Positions 13,826 through 26,466 of a DNA stretch of 64,000 bases are shown here, in pieces. Origin of the DNA: Octopus vulgaris (taxonomy: Eukaryota); contig OX597817.1 of assembly GCA_951406725.2 (NCBI GenBank), positions 92,070,001 to 92,134,000 of the forward strand, written 5' to 3'. The position numbers were made by a program, and so were the translations under genes. Position 1 is the stretch's first letter; each line of letters opens with the position of its first letter. The notes under the pieces are model-generated. The model was not told the origin of the DNA. It searched no databases and saw nothing but the letters and a program-made list of their open reading frames with translations.

Positions 13826-13955
13826 CTTCAGGACTGACATCATCTACAATTTTTGCGTTAATCACAGATGCCAACTTCCTCAGTTCTACCTTCAGATCTC
13901 GGGAGAAGGCTGTTGCCAGGATACAAATAGGTCCACCATCTGTATAAGTTGATGA
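13826..13955 (-). CDS. BARD1: BARD1 internal exon (start of BRCT1), 130 nt, phase 0-1
   Basis: tttttaacag|TCA TCA ACT...CCT GAA G|gtgggt. Translation SSTYTDGGPICILATAFSRDLKVELRKLASVINAKIVDDVSPE resembles human [37 protein letters not shown]. Confidence 0.88.
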
Positions 13956-15084
13956 CTGTTAAAAAGAAATGGCAGGTACTGTGTCAGAGAGAATGTTAAA
14001 ACCTCAACTGGAAGAAAGGCCTGATATTTTGGGTGGAAGTTTTTAATCATAAAGCATATACATACATGTGTATGTCTTGGAGTGTATTGCTATCATACCA
14101 TGCGCAGCCAATGGGACTTGGAGTAATTACTAAGTAATATCTTCAAAGAAATTTATTTTCAACCTTTTTGTGCTTGATCATGTTTAAATCTTTTGCACTA
14201 TATTTGGTACTGCAGGTGGTCGCAATGCTTTTGAACTCCTCACAATTTCGTAAATAGAATTTTAAAATAAAGTGTATTTAAATACTATACTCATATTTAG
14301 TATTTCCAAGATAAGGTAACTCCAATATGTATTACCTGATCTACCAATTAAGTAATAGCTCAACTTGTGGTCTACACCTCCTATACTGTAATGAAGATTT
14401 TCAGCATAAAAGGAAAGACAAATCTTTGTATGCAGTGACTAACACAATTTCAGATTGAAACATGCAAAGAATGTGTGTGTGTGTGTATATACAAATGGAT
14501 GGATATATTATATATGGCTGTGTGGCTAAGAAGTTTGCTTCTCAACCATTTCATTTCAGGTTTAGTCCCATTGCATGGCAGACCGAGTAAGTGTTTTCTA
14601 TTATACCTCTAGGCCAACCAAAGCCTTGTGAGTAGATTTGGTACATAGAAGCTAAGAGAGAGAGAGTGTGTGTATGGATGTTTTGAATATCATATAAGAA
14701 GTATCATTTGTTTTCAGTCTTCCATGAAAACATTTTGGCCATGGGGAAATATTTGCTTTGCTAGGGAAAAGGTGAAAGTTGGCAAAAAAGAAGGACATTC
14801 AACTACAGATCTACCTTAACAAATTCTGTCTGACCCATACAAGCATGGAAAAGTGGATATTTGTTCATAACTAGTGAAAACAAGAAAAAAAGAATCCTGA
14901 AGGGTACAGTTCAATATTTGAATTTCTTCGTTGCTCTATATTTTCCATTATTCCTGTCTTCTTTTGAACCTGAGCAAGTCAGACATACTGGCGAAATATT
15001 TTTCAATAAACAAAATCAGCTTGTGTTTTATTATATATCATGCTCTTCTATTGGGTATTATTATGAGAAATACATCAACATCAT

Positions 15085-16375
15085 CAGAATCATTAGAACA
15101 CCAGGCAAAATGCTTAGCAGTATTTCATCCATGCTTAAGATCTAAATTCATATTCTGCCAAGGTAGACTTTGCCTTTCATCCTTTTGGGTCAATAAAATA
15201 AGTACCAGTAGAAAGGATTATTATTATTAGGGTGGCAAACTGCCAGAAATGTTAATATACAGGACAAAATGCATAGCAACAGTTCTTTCAGTTCTCTATA
15301 TCCTAGACTCAAATTTCACTGAGGTCGACTTTGTTTTTATCCTTTCGTGGTGGATAAAATAAGTACCGGCTGAGTACGGGGGTTGCTACTAAAATTTCTG
15401 GCATTGTGCCTATATTTCTGGCTTTGTGTCAACAGCATTTTTTTTTCCAGAGCCAGTTGATAGAATGATTAGTGTAGGAAAAATGCTTAGCAGTATTTGT
15501 TCTGGCTCTTTATAATCTGAGTTCAAATCCTGCTGATATCAACTTTGCCTTTTATCTTCTCAAAATTGATAAAATAAAGTATCAGTCAAGTACTGGATCA
15601 AAGTAACTGACTTATCTCCTCCCCTCAAAATTGCAGGCCTGGTGTCAAAAATTTAAAGAATTTTAATTATTATTATTCCAATGCTTTGCAACATTTACCT
15701 ATTTCCCTTTGCAACAGCTAATTAAGAAAGTACTATTGCTTAACCCACAGTCAACCTTGGTTGAGTAGGCCTATGGTTAAAGGCATGATCATTACATCTA
15801 AGTGTAGGTAAGACTAACGTCACCTTTATTTATTTAAGACAGTGTGATTTGAAAAAGATCTAACAGCTATTTCCATAAGATCTAATAATCAAGTAGCAGC
15901 TCCATCATTGCTTCAAAAAATCATCTACAGCTGTGGCCTGTGTGCAGGTTAGAAATCCTTATTTGGACAGAACTGTTAGCACACCATGCAAAATGCTTCA
16001 TGGTCTTTTATCCACCTTTATATTTTGAGTTCAAATTCCACCAGGGTCAACTTTGCCTTTCATCCTTTCAGAGTTGATGAAATAAGTACCAGTTGGGACT
16101 GGGGTCGATTCTTCTTCTTCTTATTATTATTACTATTATTAAGGTGTTGAACTGGCAGAATCATTAACAAACAGTGGAAAATGCTTTGTGGTATTTTGTC
16201 TGCCTTTATGTTCTGAGATCAAATTCCACCAGGGTTGACTTTGCCTTTCGTCCCTTTCGGGGTTAATAAAATAAGTACCAGTTGAGCACTGGAGTCAATG
16301 TAATCGACTTGCCCACTTGCTTGAAACTGCTGGCCATGTGCCTATAGTAGAAAGGATTACTATTATTATCATTAT
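15085..16375 (+). mobile_element. Cluster of about five head-to-tail tRNA-derived SINEs
   Basis: Repeated aaatgcttagc...ctgagttcaaat...actttgcctttcatcc...ataaaataagtaccag modules separated by (TTA)n. The cluster also contains one copy of the ~200-bp unclassified repeat on the minus strand. Confidence 0.8.
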
Positions 16376-16610
16376 TACAAACAGCCAGGTGAAGTGTGTT
16401 ATAAAGTAAGGAAACTATATTATTGATCTAGATTCAATACTGAGTTCAAGTTACCTTACTTCATTTACAGTACTAATGAAATTAAGAAAGATATGAAAAT
16501 CATGTAATCCCATTCCGTTCCCCATAAATTCATAGCCATAATGTATTAAACATAAGAAGAAATATAATTGAATGAAATGAAGGAATAGTTGTGTACTAGT
16601 GCGGTTTTAT

Positions 16611-17030
16611 GGGATCTTTACGGTGTGAACAGCAGTTTTTTCTAGCGGTGTCATATGAAATTGTCACCCATAATTATGACCCTAGTATCAATCTATTGCA
16701 TTTCAATGTTTTAGGGTTAGTTAGGGTTAGGGGTGGGGGGAAGGGCATCTTTTTTTCTTCACAAATGTAAATAAACCGAATCTGTTTCTTAAACGAGGGA
16801 TATATTCATACGGTACGGAATGTTTTTTTACCTCAACAGACATCAGTGATTGGTTGAAATTGCAGAAATTGAAGAAAAAAAACAACAAATATTTTACAAA
16901 CTATAGAATTTTCTCAATAAAGCCAAGAGAAAAAGATGTTTTATAAACACATTCTACCAGTATACGAAGTTTAAAATTTTTTAGTTACCTAGAAATTATG
17001 TTAAAAACTGCTGTTCAAACCGAAAAGATC
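16611..17030. mobile_element. MITE with ~28-bp TIRs and 8-bp TSD (Merlin-like)
   Basis: GGGATCTTTACGGTGTGAACAGCAGTTTTT...AAAAACTGCTGTTCAAACCGAAAAGATC, with direct repeat GGTTTTAT at 16603-16610 and 17031-17038. Internal TTAGGG-like motifs are present. Confidence 0.8.
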
Positions 17031-17122
17031 GGTTTTATGATATAAGGACTGTAGGTGTGCATTATCTAACCTGAACCCTACCAATATAAGGGATCAGGAG
17101 GTATATAATAATTGCTGCCTAC

Positions 17123-17225
17123 CTGTAACTCAGGTGTGGATGATGTAACCAACACATCAGTTGTTAAGGCTTCTTTCATGGCATCAGTGAAAGCATAATC
17201 TTTAGCCATTAATCCATGAGCATTC
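17123..17225 (-). CDS. BARD1: BARD1 internal exon (end of ANK domain and linker), 103 nt, phase 2-0
   Basis: ttttctatag|G AAT GCT...TTA CAG|gtaggc. Translation (R)NAHGLMAKDYAFTDAMKEALTTDVLVTSSTPELQ resembles human [20 protein letters not shown]. The phase completes the split AGG codon. Confidence 0.88.
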
Positions 17226-18126
17226 CTATAGAAAAGAGTGTTTTCATGTGATTAAATATTTCAAAAAGGAGAAATTAATGAATGCCCAGACCTGGGGTAC
17301 ATGTACTAGAAAAATGTTAAGAGGTTATGTAAAATTTGTATAAACAGTAACCCCAACCAATTCTTTTCAATGGTGCAACCTCAGATTTAGTAAATAACAT
17401 TTATAAAAAGATAAAAAATTGTCAAATAATTTGTTTGGAAGTCAAATATTATTAATATCAAATTATACATTGTCCATTTTATGGTATCCACTACTGTATT
17501 TTACAACATCCAGCCATTTTCACTACATTCCACACAAGGAGTATACTAACACTGCTGGACCTGACAAACAGGTACACTGGAAGAAAAAGTTTGAGATGCA
17601 GAGTAAAGTCCAGCAGCAATTTGTTCAAAATAAGAAAAGTGGAATGTTAGTAAATTCAATTAATGTGAGAAGTGAAAAGTTTTATAGTTCAGCCCCTTGC
17701 CCTTTAAAATTACACAATTTTCACTTCTCACATGAATCAAACTTACTTACATTCAGTAAAGTCACATTTGTAATTAGTGTCTATATACCTTTATACACAC
17801 AAGCAGCCATATATTAATTTAGTTCTTACAACTAAATTAATATATGTACAACATAATGGATGAAATGGTAAAAAAAAAAATGATCTTTAAAAATTCTTTT
17901 ATGACTTCATAAGAGGAAGTCATCATTACTTTTACAGGGGTTCTGAAACTGATAGAAGGAAAGGAAGAAACTAACCTTAAACTAAAGACATGGCTCAAAA
18001 GCTTTCAACAGATTGAACTCTGTGATAAATCCGCAAAGGACCAGATGCTAGTCTTAAACTTGATGACTGATTAAGTCCACCACCTATACCTATGTGACTA
18101 TTGTTAATTTATTTTTTTCACCACCC

Positions 18127-18460
18127 CATGACTGGCTTTCATGCCTGTGGCACATAAAAAGCACCAACCAAACATGGCCAATGCCAGTACCCACTGACTG
18201 GCCCCTGTGCTGGTGGCACGTAAAAAGCACTATCTGAACATGATCGATGCCAGGCCTGCCTGACTGGCTCCTGTACCAGTGGCACATAAAAAGCACTCAC
18301 TACACTCTCGGAGTGGTTGACATTAGGAAGGGCTCCAGCTGTAGAAACATTGCCAGATCAGATTGGAGCCTGGTGCAGCCGCTGGCTCTCCAGACCTCAA
18401 TCAAACTGTCCAACTCATACCAGCATGGAAAGCAGATGTTAAAAGTTGATGATGATGAGA
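18127..18460 (+). mobile_element. RTE LINE 3' end only (minisatellite plus tail)
   Basis: Three gtggcac(a/g)taaaaagcac units, then cagcatggaaagcagatgttaaaagttgatgatgatg. Confidence 0.85.
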
Positions 18461-19586
18461 GAGAGATTGTAAAAGTCTTTGGTTAAATGAAGCACATATT
18501 TCTGTAACTGCAATTTAAGAGTTTTACAATCTGTATATGTGAGTAGCTGAAATAGGTCGAAATTTACTGGCTGAACTGATCCACTTAACTTCAAATACAT
18601 ATAGCTAGTAAACAAGCTTCATATTATTTTACAATCATAATCAGACTTTCCAAAACCTACAATACTGTTACTGTTTTACAAGTAGCATTAGATATAAAGT
18701 AGCTGAAATACAGAAGAAAGTAGTGTCTTTTAGTATTTAGTTCTGTATCTCTACAATATGACTTCAAATTCAATCAAAGTCAGGTTAACTGAGTTTTTCA
18801 ACCTCCAGGGGCTAATGAAATAATTATTAATCACGTAGCTATGTTACCTGGATTCACATTATGCCATTCTAGGGTTAATATTTAGCCTTCAGTCTTGTTA
18901 ATAACATTGAACTCAAGATGAAATGGGCAAAATTGAATATTGTTGCCTACACTGTGCCACGTCCACTATCAGCATACTTCCAAATAGCTCAGTCCACTAA
19001 GCTGTAAGTAGGTATTGTGCTATGATGATAGCTTGTAGAATGAATTCAATCTTCTTTAAAATGTTCTCGAGCATTAGAGAGACTTGCTAAATAGCAATAA
19101 GATCTTCAAATTGATAGAACCCTATAATTGGTGGTAGTTGTGGTATTCACTTTGAAGATGTATCAACTGAAATCTTAAATCAAAAATAAATACAAGTAAA
19201 TCCAAATATTTAGTACTTTAAATGAGGGATCATGTTAAGTAAGTAGGTCAACTACATGGTTACACAGCATTTGGTGAAGAATCTTAAACATATCATCAAC
19301 TAAACTGTTGAAACACGTAAGACAATTATCAAGGTGTATATTTATTCATTAATTAACTACTAAGGTTCTAATGTACATGATATCAGAGATTTTAAGTATC
19401 AATTTGTGACAGATAATGAACAATAGATCCATTGAATAGAGAGACACTCAAACTACCACAAGCAATAGCTACATGATTCAGTTCTCTCACTAACAGGCCT
19501 GCTTCCCTTTTTCTCTCTGATACTGATGTTTATAATGTATGGAACAGTCTTGATTAAAATTTTTTTTTTAAATAAAGAAATAATAC

Positions 19587-19759
19587 CTGAGTGTCTGACA
19601 GGCTCCATGTGACACTAACAATTTAACACAACCAATTCTGCCATTCCTCACAGCATCATGCAATGCAGTATCATTCTCAGATCCTGGTGTATTGATAAGT
19701 GCACCATTGTCAAGTAGCACCTTTGCAATTTTCTCGTAACCATGATTGCAGGCTTCATG
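19587..19759 (-). CDS. BARD1: BARD1 internal exon (ankyrin repeats), 173 nt, phase 0-2
   Basis: taccag|CAT GAA GCC...CTC AG|gtatta. Translation HEACNHGYEKIAKVLLDNGALINTPGSENDTALHDAVRNGRIGCVKLLVSHGACQTL(R) resembles human [41 protein letters not shown]. It joins in frame to the 81-nt exon. Confidence 0.95.
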
Positions 19760-19849
19760 CTGGTAATTAGAAACATATTATCAAGTATGACAAATACAGC
19801 ATAGATAACACATACAGAAGAAATTATTAATTATATACATTATCTTTAA

Positions 19850-21254
19850 CCCTTTAGTATTCAGATTACTCTCACAAATGTAATGCTTATTTATTCACAT
19901 TGTTTCACAGCTATCGACTAGAAGCGGTTGATAGCTTCCGTTACCTAAGTAACCAAGTCAGTAGCAGGGGAGGGTGTGCTGAAAGTGTAGCTGCTAGAAT
20001 AAGAATAGCCTAGACAAAATTCAGAGAGCTCTTACCTCTGCTAGTGACAAAGGGCCTCAGGATCAGAGTAAGAGGTAGACTGTATGACGCATGTATATGA
20101 ACAGCCATGCTACATGGCAGTGAAACATGAGCCGTGACTGCTGAGGACATGCGTAAGTTTGCAAGGAATGAAGCCAGTATGATCCAATGGATGTGTAATG
20201 TCTGTGCGCATACTCGACAGAGTGTAAGTACCTTGTGAGAAAAGTTGGACCTAAGAAGCATCAGATGTGGTGTGCAAGAGAGACGACTGCGCTGGTATGG
20301 TCATGTGGCGAGAATGGATGAGGATAGCTGTGTGCAAAAGTGCCACAGCCTAGTGGTTGAGGGAACCTGTGGAAGAGGTAGACTCAGGAAAACCTGGGAT
20401 GAGGTGTTGAAGCATGATCTTCGAACATTAGGCCTCACTGAGGCAATGACCAGAGACCGAGACCTTTGGAAATATGCTGTGCTTGAGAAGACCTGGCAAA
20501 CCAAATGAGACCATAACCTCGTGGCCTATGCCAGGGGTGTAACCAGCCCACTTATGCATACCTTTCCTTCATTGGACACTAAACTCTGCTTACGAAGACC
20601 TGTTGAGACAAGTGAAACCGAAATCAAATTTGATGACTGGAATCCGTGCTAGTGGAGCACTAAGAGCACCATCCAAGCATGATCATTGCCAGAGCGGCTA
20701 ACTGGTTTCCGTGCCAGTGGCACTTAAAAAGCACCATTCAAGCGTGATTGTTACCAGCATCGCCTTACTGACACTTGCGCCAATGGCACATGAAAAGACA
20801 TTTGAGTGAGGTTGTTGCCAGTGCTGCTGGACTGGTTCCTGTGCAGGTGGCATGTAAAAAACACCATTTGAGCATGGCTGTTACCAGTACCACCTGACTG
20901 GCCCGCATGCCGGTGGCACATAAAAGCACCCACTACACTCTCAGAGTGGTTGGCGTTAGCAAGGGCATCCAACTGTAGAAAACCTGCCAGATCAAGATTG
21001 GAGCCTGGTGCAGCCATCTAGTTCGCCAGTCCGCAGTCAAATCATCCAACCCAAGCTAGCATGGAAAGCGGACGTTAAACGATGATGATGTTTTGAATTA
21101 ATCACATATTATCTTGTAGCTTTGAGATTTTGAAGATGAGACTGTATATTTTAACACTGACATTGCAGGGTGTGTGTGAGAGCCAGGTTCTGGCTGGTTT
21201 AAACAAAACGTAGAATATTTTGGCTGGATATGACCAATTTAAATGCTGAAAGGA
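19850..21254. mobile_element. piggyBac-type MITE interrupted by an RTE insertion
   Basis: TTAA|CCCTTTAGTATT at the left end and AAATGCTGAAAGGA|TTAA at the right end. The halves rejoin across the RTE (cacattgttt / ttttgaatta). Confidence 0.7.
19907..21090 (+). mobile_element. 5'-truncated RTE LINE
   Basis: ORF 20245-20508 (RRLRWYGHVARMDEDS...GRGRLRKTW), minisatellite at 20690-20930 and tail gcatggaaagcggacgttaaac(gat)n. Confidence 0.92.
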
Positions 21255-21469
21255 TTAATATTATCTTATAAATAAAATATGTGTCAGTCCTCTTTTTTTT
21301 TACTGTTTACTGGTTAAACACTCAGAGCTGAAACTTCATGCTTGATTTTAAGTTGACATTAGTCATTATAAAATCTTTTCATGACAAATGTTTAATATGA
21401 AACTGTGTCTGTGTAAAGATGCATAAATACAATAGAAACTACAACAAAAATGTAGGACATTCTACATAC

Positions 21470-22000
21470 TTAAAGCTATTCTCAATTCACTGATTCTCAG
21501 AGTGAAACTGTTCACTGATTTCACAGGTGAAACTATTTCATATTATAATTATAATTCTTTCATATTTTTCTTTCAGATTTAGTATATAATACATTCTTTT
21601 CTTCCACATTTTTTTTTATATAACTTCATTCGCACACACATATTAACTTACTGGATGCATTTCCATAGCGAAACCATATCCTCATTTTTATTAGTTTATT
21701 AATTTTCAATGAATACAAGCGTCAGTATAATGGTCTGTTCCTTCCTCCAAAATATGCCACCTTATCCTATAGCAGAAAGAATCATAATATAGTTCTTTTA
21801 TACATATGCGTACAGGGTGCAGTGCTGCATTGATAACCAGGTGGTGGAAGATCTGTTTGGGGTTAAACTAGTAGTAATATGGAACAGCTACATTGTGGTA
21901 ATGTAGCTTTCTTTTATAAATGTTTTCTTTTTAGCTTAGCTGTCATATTTTATTTTCTAACAGTTTCACTCACACAAGCAACACCAGGTAATTACTGCTA
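21470..22000 (+). mobile_element. Possible old non-autonomous Helitron
   Basis: The 3' motif aagcaacaccaggtaattactgctag resembles the Helitron end gagcaacgccgggcgatactgctag. The 5' boundary is uncertain. Confidence 0.45.
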
Positions 22001-22234
22001 GCTTCTAATATAAACTGGTAATACGAGTATTATAAATTTGACATTTGAAGTAAACCTTGTTTAAAAGAAAATACTAGACTGTAAGGATAATTTTTTTAAA
22101 ACTCTACAATAAAATAACTGAGGTAAAAATGCTTTAAAGTCTTCTGTGGTAGATAAAGTATTTGAGGTTTTGAATGGGGATTGTGGTTGTAATAGATTAA
22201 GTTGTAGATAATATTTAAGATTAATGTATAAGAA

Positions 22235-22282
<48 letters not shown>

Positions 22283-22429
22283 TGGTAATCAATAGATGAC
22301 ACAGTTAACTCTTTGAAGATAAAATTTTTTAATAAAATAAAGATGTTACTTAAGATTCAATAGGAAATATCTAAATCTCAATTCACATAGATAAGTGTTG
22401 ATGTGCTGCTCCTGCTTCATAATCATCAC

Positions 22430-23300
22430 TGTTCTCATTATTTTTACATTCATTTTCTCATGCCTACATGGGTTGGTTGTGTCCTTTCCAGCATATCACA
22501 CCATTTATTGCATTCTCTTGTAATTTCTTGTGGGATTCATCAGACTGAAAATAGCTTTCACTATTTTTTAATATCTTCTTAGGTTTTACTTCTTCCACAG
22601 TTTTCTTCTACTTGAATATCTTGGAACTTTTTTTCCCATCTGTTATCCTCCATAAACATTACACATCTATACCACCACCCAGTCTTTGTTTTTCACATTA
22701 CAGTTGTTTCCTCCTAAACCTAGTTAATTTCACAGCTCATCTGTACCACATCACTCATGCACCCTTACATGACACATCCACAGGAGAATGATTGTTCCAT
22801 TTCTTTCCAACCTTCACACAGTTTCTGCATTCAATGCTGAAGTCTTGCTACAATGCTACATTGCACTTCATACAATATTTTATAAGTGTAGCACAGTAAT
22901 GGTTGTTAGTAGACCTTCATTGTCTTAAAGGGGCTAAGCTCTCTCAGTTCATGAAACTAATGGTAGATGATTTTTATTAACATTCTAGAATGATGGAGAA
23001 GACATTTTTCAAATGTTTCTTAGCTCACATCTGGCACAAACCATAATGCCCAATTCTTGTTCCAAAGAATGTTAGCTTGCTGCTATTCCCTGTCCATAAA
23101 TGTTTTCCATACAACTGTCAATTTACTACAGTTGAACTAGAATGTAATGGCACTGATCTCATTTGTCTAAGAGCATTTGCAGAAGCCATGGGTTCTGTCT
23201 CTCTGTACAGACCAAACAATACCATTTCACCTTTGGCTCTTTCATGACCATATCCTGAGAACTTATCAAAGAGTTTAACTAAAACATACACAAACACAGA
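22430..23300 (-). mobile_element. Highly decayed RTE LINE
   Basis: RTE-like tail near 22445-22475 and residual similarity to the RT and C-terminal regions of the other RTE copies. Confidence 0.5.
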
Positions 23301-24227
23301 CATTTATGAGCCCTAACATGGGTTGAAGCATTTGGGCACCCAGCCAGCACCTCTGCTCCCACCCAAAACAACCTAAACATGCAATACCTCTTGACATATT
23401 CCTGCCCTACATAAATACCAATCCCTAACTCCTACACACATTTTCAGAAAACCCTTGTAGACTCAGAGGCTTTTGGAGTTAAGGGATATGACTCTTGATA
23501 CAACCTTTGTTGAGTTTGTTTTGTCTTTTTTCATAGCACCCACAATAAAAGGGAACAGCTGCCATATTTCTTTTCCATACCAGCTGGCTCTGATGAACAC
23601 ATGGCACTATGTAACTGTGCTGTCATCTAACATCTGGTTTAATACCCAGTATCATACCAATTGGTAAGATCAGGTGAGTGCATATGTTTTCTGATTTATG
23701 AATTCTTAAACACCTCTCTCTTTCTCTCTCTCTCTCTGTATGTGTAAGTAACTTTTACTTGTTTCAGTCAAAAGACTACAACCATGCTGGGACACTGCCT
23801 TGAAAAATTTTTTTAGTCAAATGTATCAACCCCAGTGCTTATTTTTTTTTGCTATCCATATCTTTTTTTTTTTAATATTAGCATGGTACTTATTATTTCT
23901 ATATCTTTTGCTGTACCGCTAAGTTATGGAACATAAACACACCAGGACCAATAGTCAAGCAGTGGGGGGACACACACACAGAAACAAAGAAACACACACA
24001 CACACATATATATGATAGTCTTCTTTCACTTTCTGTCAACCCAAGGCTATAGTAGAAGACAGCTTGAGGGACTGAACCCAGAACCATGTGGATGGGAAGT
24101 AAGCTCCTCACCAAACAGTCATGCTTGTTGACAATCTACTTTATTAATACATATAGCATGCCCAGAGTATTTTACTCACAGCACATGCTTGATGCATGTG
24201 TGCACATTCACACTTGCACATTGATCA

Positions 24228-25482
24228 CACAATGTGATCAAAAGTATCTGGACACCCAGCAAAACATGTATTTAACACAGAGGGTGACTTTGTAGATCAC
24301 AGAGGGCGCCACAGTACTACCATTTACCACACGGAACACATGGTCAGCATTCTCAGTAGTCGACAGACAGCATTTGGCAACAGAATGGGATGCTCTGCAG
24401 AACTAATGGACTTTCAACATGGTCAGGTGCAACTTGTCTATTAAGCATGTGCACAAGATTTCCACCCTCTTCAACATCCCTAGGTTCACTATTTCCAATG
24501 TGATAGTGAAGTGGAAACATGAAGGGACATGTGCAACTGAAAAGCATTTGGACCAACCTTCCATGTTAACCCCGAGAGACCATCAAATGTTGAAGAGGGT
24601 CATGCAGCATAATCATCTATCATCCTTCACCACCATCACACAGGAATTCCTAACTGCATCAGGAGCTACTTCAAGCACCATGACTGTTTAGCACAAGGTG
24701 CAGAAACTTGGTTTCCATGGAAGAGCAGCTACCCATAAGCCATACATTACAGACAAATATCCAACACCACCTCGCATTGTGTAAAGAGCATCGGAATTGG
24801 ACTATAGAACAGTGGAAAACCATTGTGTGAAGTGATGAATCATGGTACACAATGTGGCAAACTGACAGTTGGGTGTTAGTGTGGCATATGCTTGGTGAAC
24901 GATATGCACCAGCCTGTATAGAGTGGAATTCAGCAGTGGTGGGGTCATGATATGGTCTTCTTACTCATGGAGGGGCTTAGCCCCCTTGTTGCTTTGTGTG
25001 GCACTGTCACGGCACAAGCTTGCAATGACATTTTAACCACTTTCGTGTTGAATACCATCAAAGACCAGTTCAGAGATCACCATTGTGTCTTTCAAAACAT
25101 GACCAAGCACCTGTCCATACTGCAGGAGTTGTAGGGGAGTGGTTTGACAACAACAACATCCCACTAATGGACTAGCCTGTGCAGAGTTCCAATTTAAATC
25201 TCATCAAACATCTTTTGGATGTTTTTGAAACCTGACTTCGTGCTAGACCACACCAATCCACATCAATGCCCTTGCTCATTTCGGCACTCTGAGAAGAATG
25301 GGCTGTCACTCCCCAGGAAACCTTCCATCACATGATCGAAAGTATGCCTGCAAAAGTGGAGGCTGTCATCAAGGCTAAGGGTGGACCAACACAGTATTGA
25401 CTGCCAGTATTCCCGATGGAGAGTGGCCCAAACTTGTACCTCATTATCAGATGGGTGTCAGGATACTTTTGATCACATAGTG
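24228..25482 (+). mobile_element. Full-length decayed Tc1-like transposon (~1.25 kb)
   Basis: TIRs CAC(A/T)ATGTGATCAAAAGTATC and a right-hand TA. The broken transposase includes an HTH region, WTIEQWKTIV.SDES, PVQSSNLNLI and ESMPAKVEAVIKAKGGPTQY. Confidence 0.92.
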
Positions 25483-26429
25483 TATACTTATGTTAACAGA
25501 CAGACTGACAACTGAACACTATCATGTAGAATAAATTCCATATAAACTTTATAAATCTATGTCACCAATATCATATCCAACTGAGCATTCATTTAACTAA
25601 GCTGATTATATGAAACTTAACAACAAAAGGTGCCGGCAAATACAGGTTTATCCACTGTTATTGAATCATACCTTACTAATATTTGAAAGCCACCTGATAT
25701 AACTAGGATGGTATTTACAGAGACATAATAGGAAATACAAGCAAACAAAGAATCTTCTATGAGGCAATTTGACTTACTCTTAATAGGAGCCAAATCTCAT
25801 TCAGGTCAATATCTCAGAATCAAGGACACATTATTGGATAATGTGGAACTAGTTATACCAGTCTGAATAAAAGATGGGGTGACCACAACTAAAATATCTT
25901 TCATCATGGGTCTGTTTGTTCTTTCTATCTCCACACAAACTAGAATATTACTTAGATATAGATATATACAAGAGTGAAATACAGGGATACTTATGTATTC
26001 ATAAGAAGGATACTTCTACACTATTTTGAAATTAGCTATTCAAGTTGCTGTATTGATTAGGTTGATATGTTGAGTAAAGTTCATTGTATCACCTTGGAGA
26101 TACGACGATGATGATGAATCATTAAAATTTTTACTAATGCTCATCATATTTATTGTCATCACTGTTTTAAAGTCCACTTTTCAATGCATGTGCAGTCAGA
26201 TGGAATTCTTTGAGGTAGATTTTCTATGATCAACTATCCATCTTGATATCAATCTTCACTTGTTTACAACTCAGGCAACATTCCCCTCATGTCAGGATAT
26301 GTTTTCATGGAAGACTGGAAATGTAGGACGCAGCTTTTATCACAATGCATTTTGATTAGAATTATCCTGTGATGTCATGACAAGGAGCCACAAACTCATA
26401 CACACAAGTGTGTGTGTATGTATGTGTAT

Positions 26430-26466
<37 letters not shown>

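Noticed and set aside
16711-16740. Interstitial telomere
   Set aside because: Only about three TTAGGG-like units, internal to a MITE.
17419-17817. 132-aa plus-strand ORF
   Set aside because: AT-rich intronic sequence with no recognisable motifs, antisense to BARD1; likely a chance ORF.
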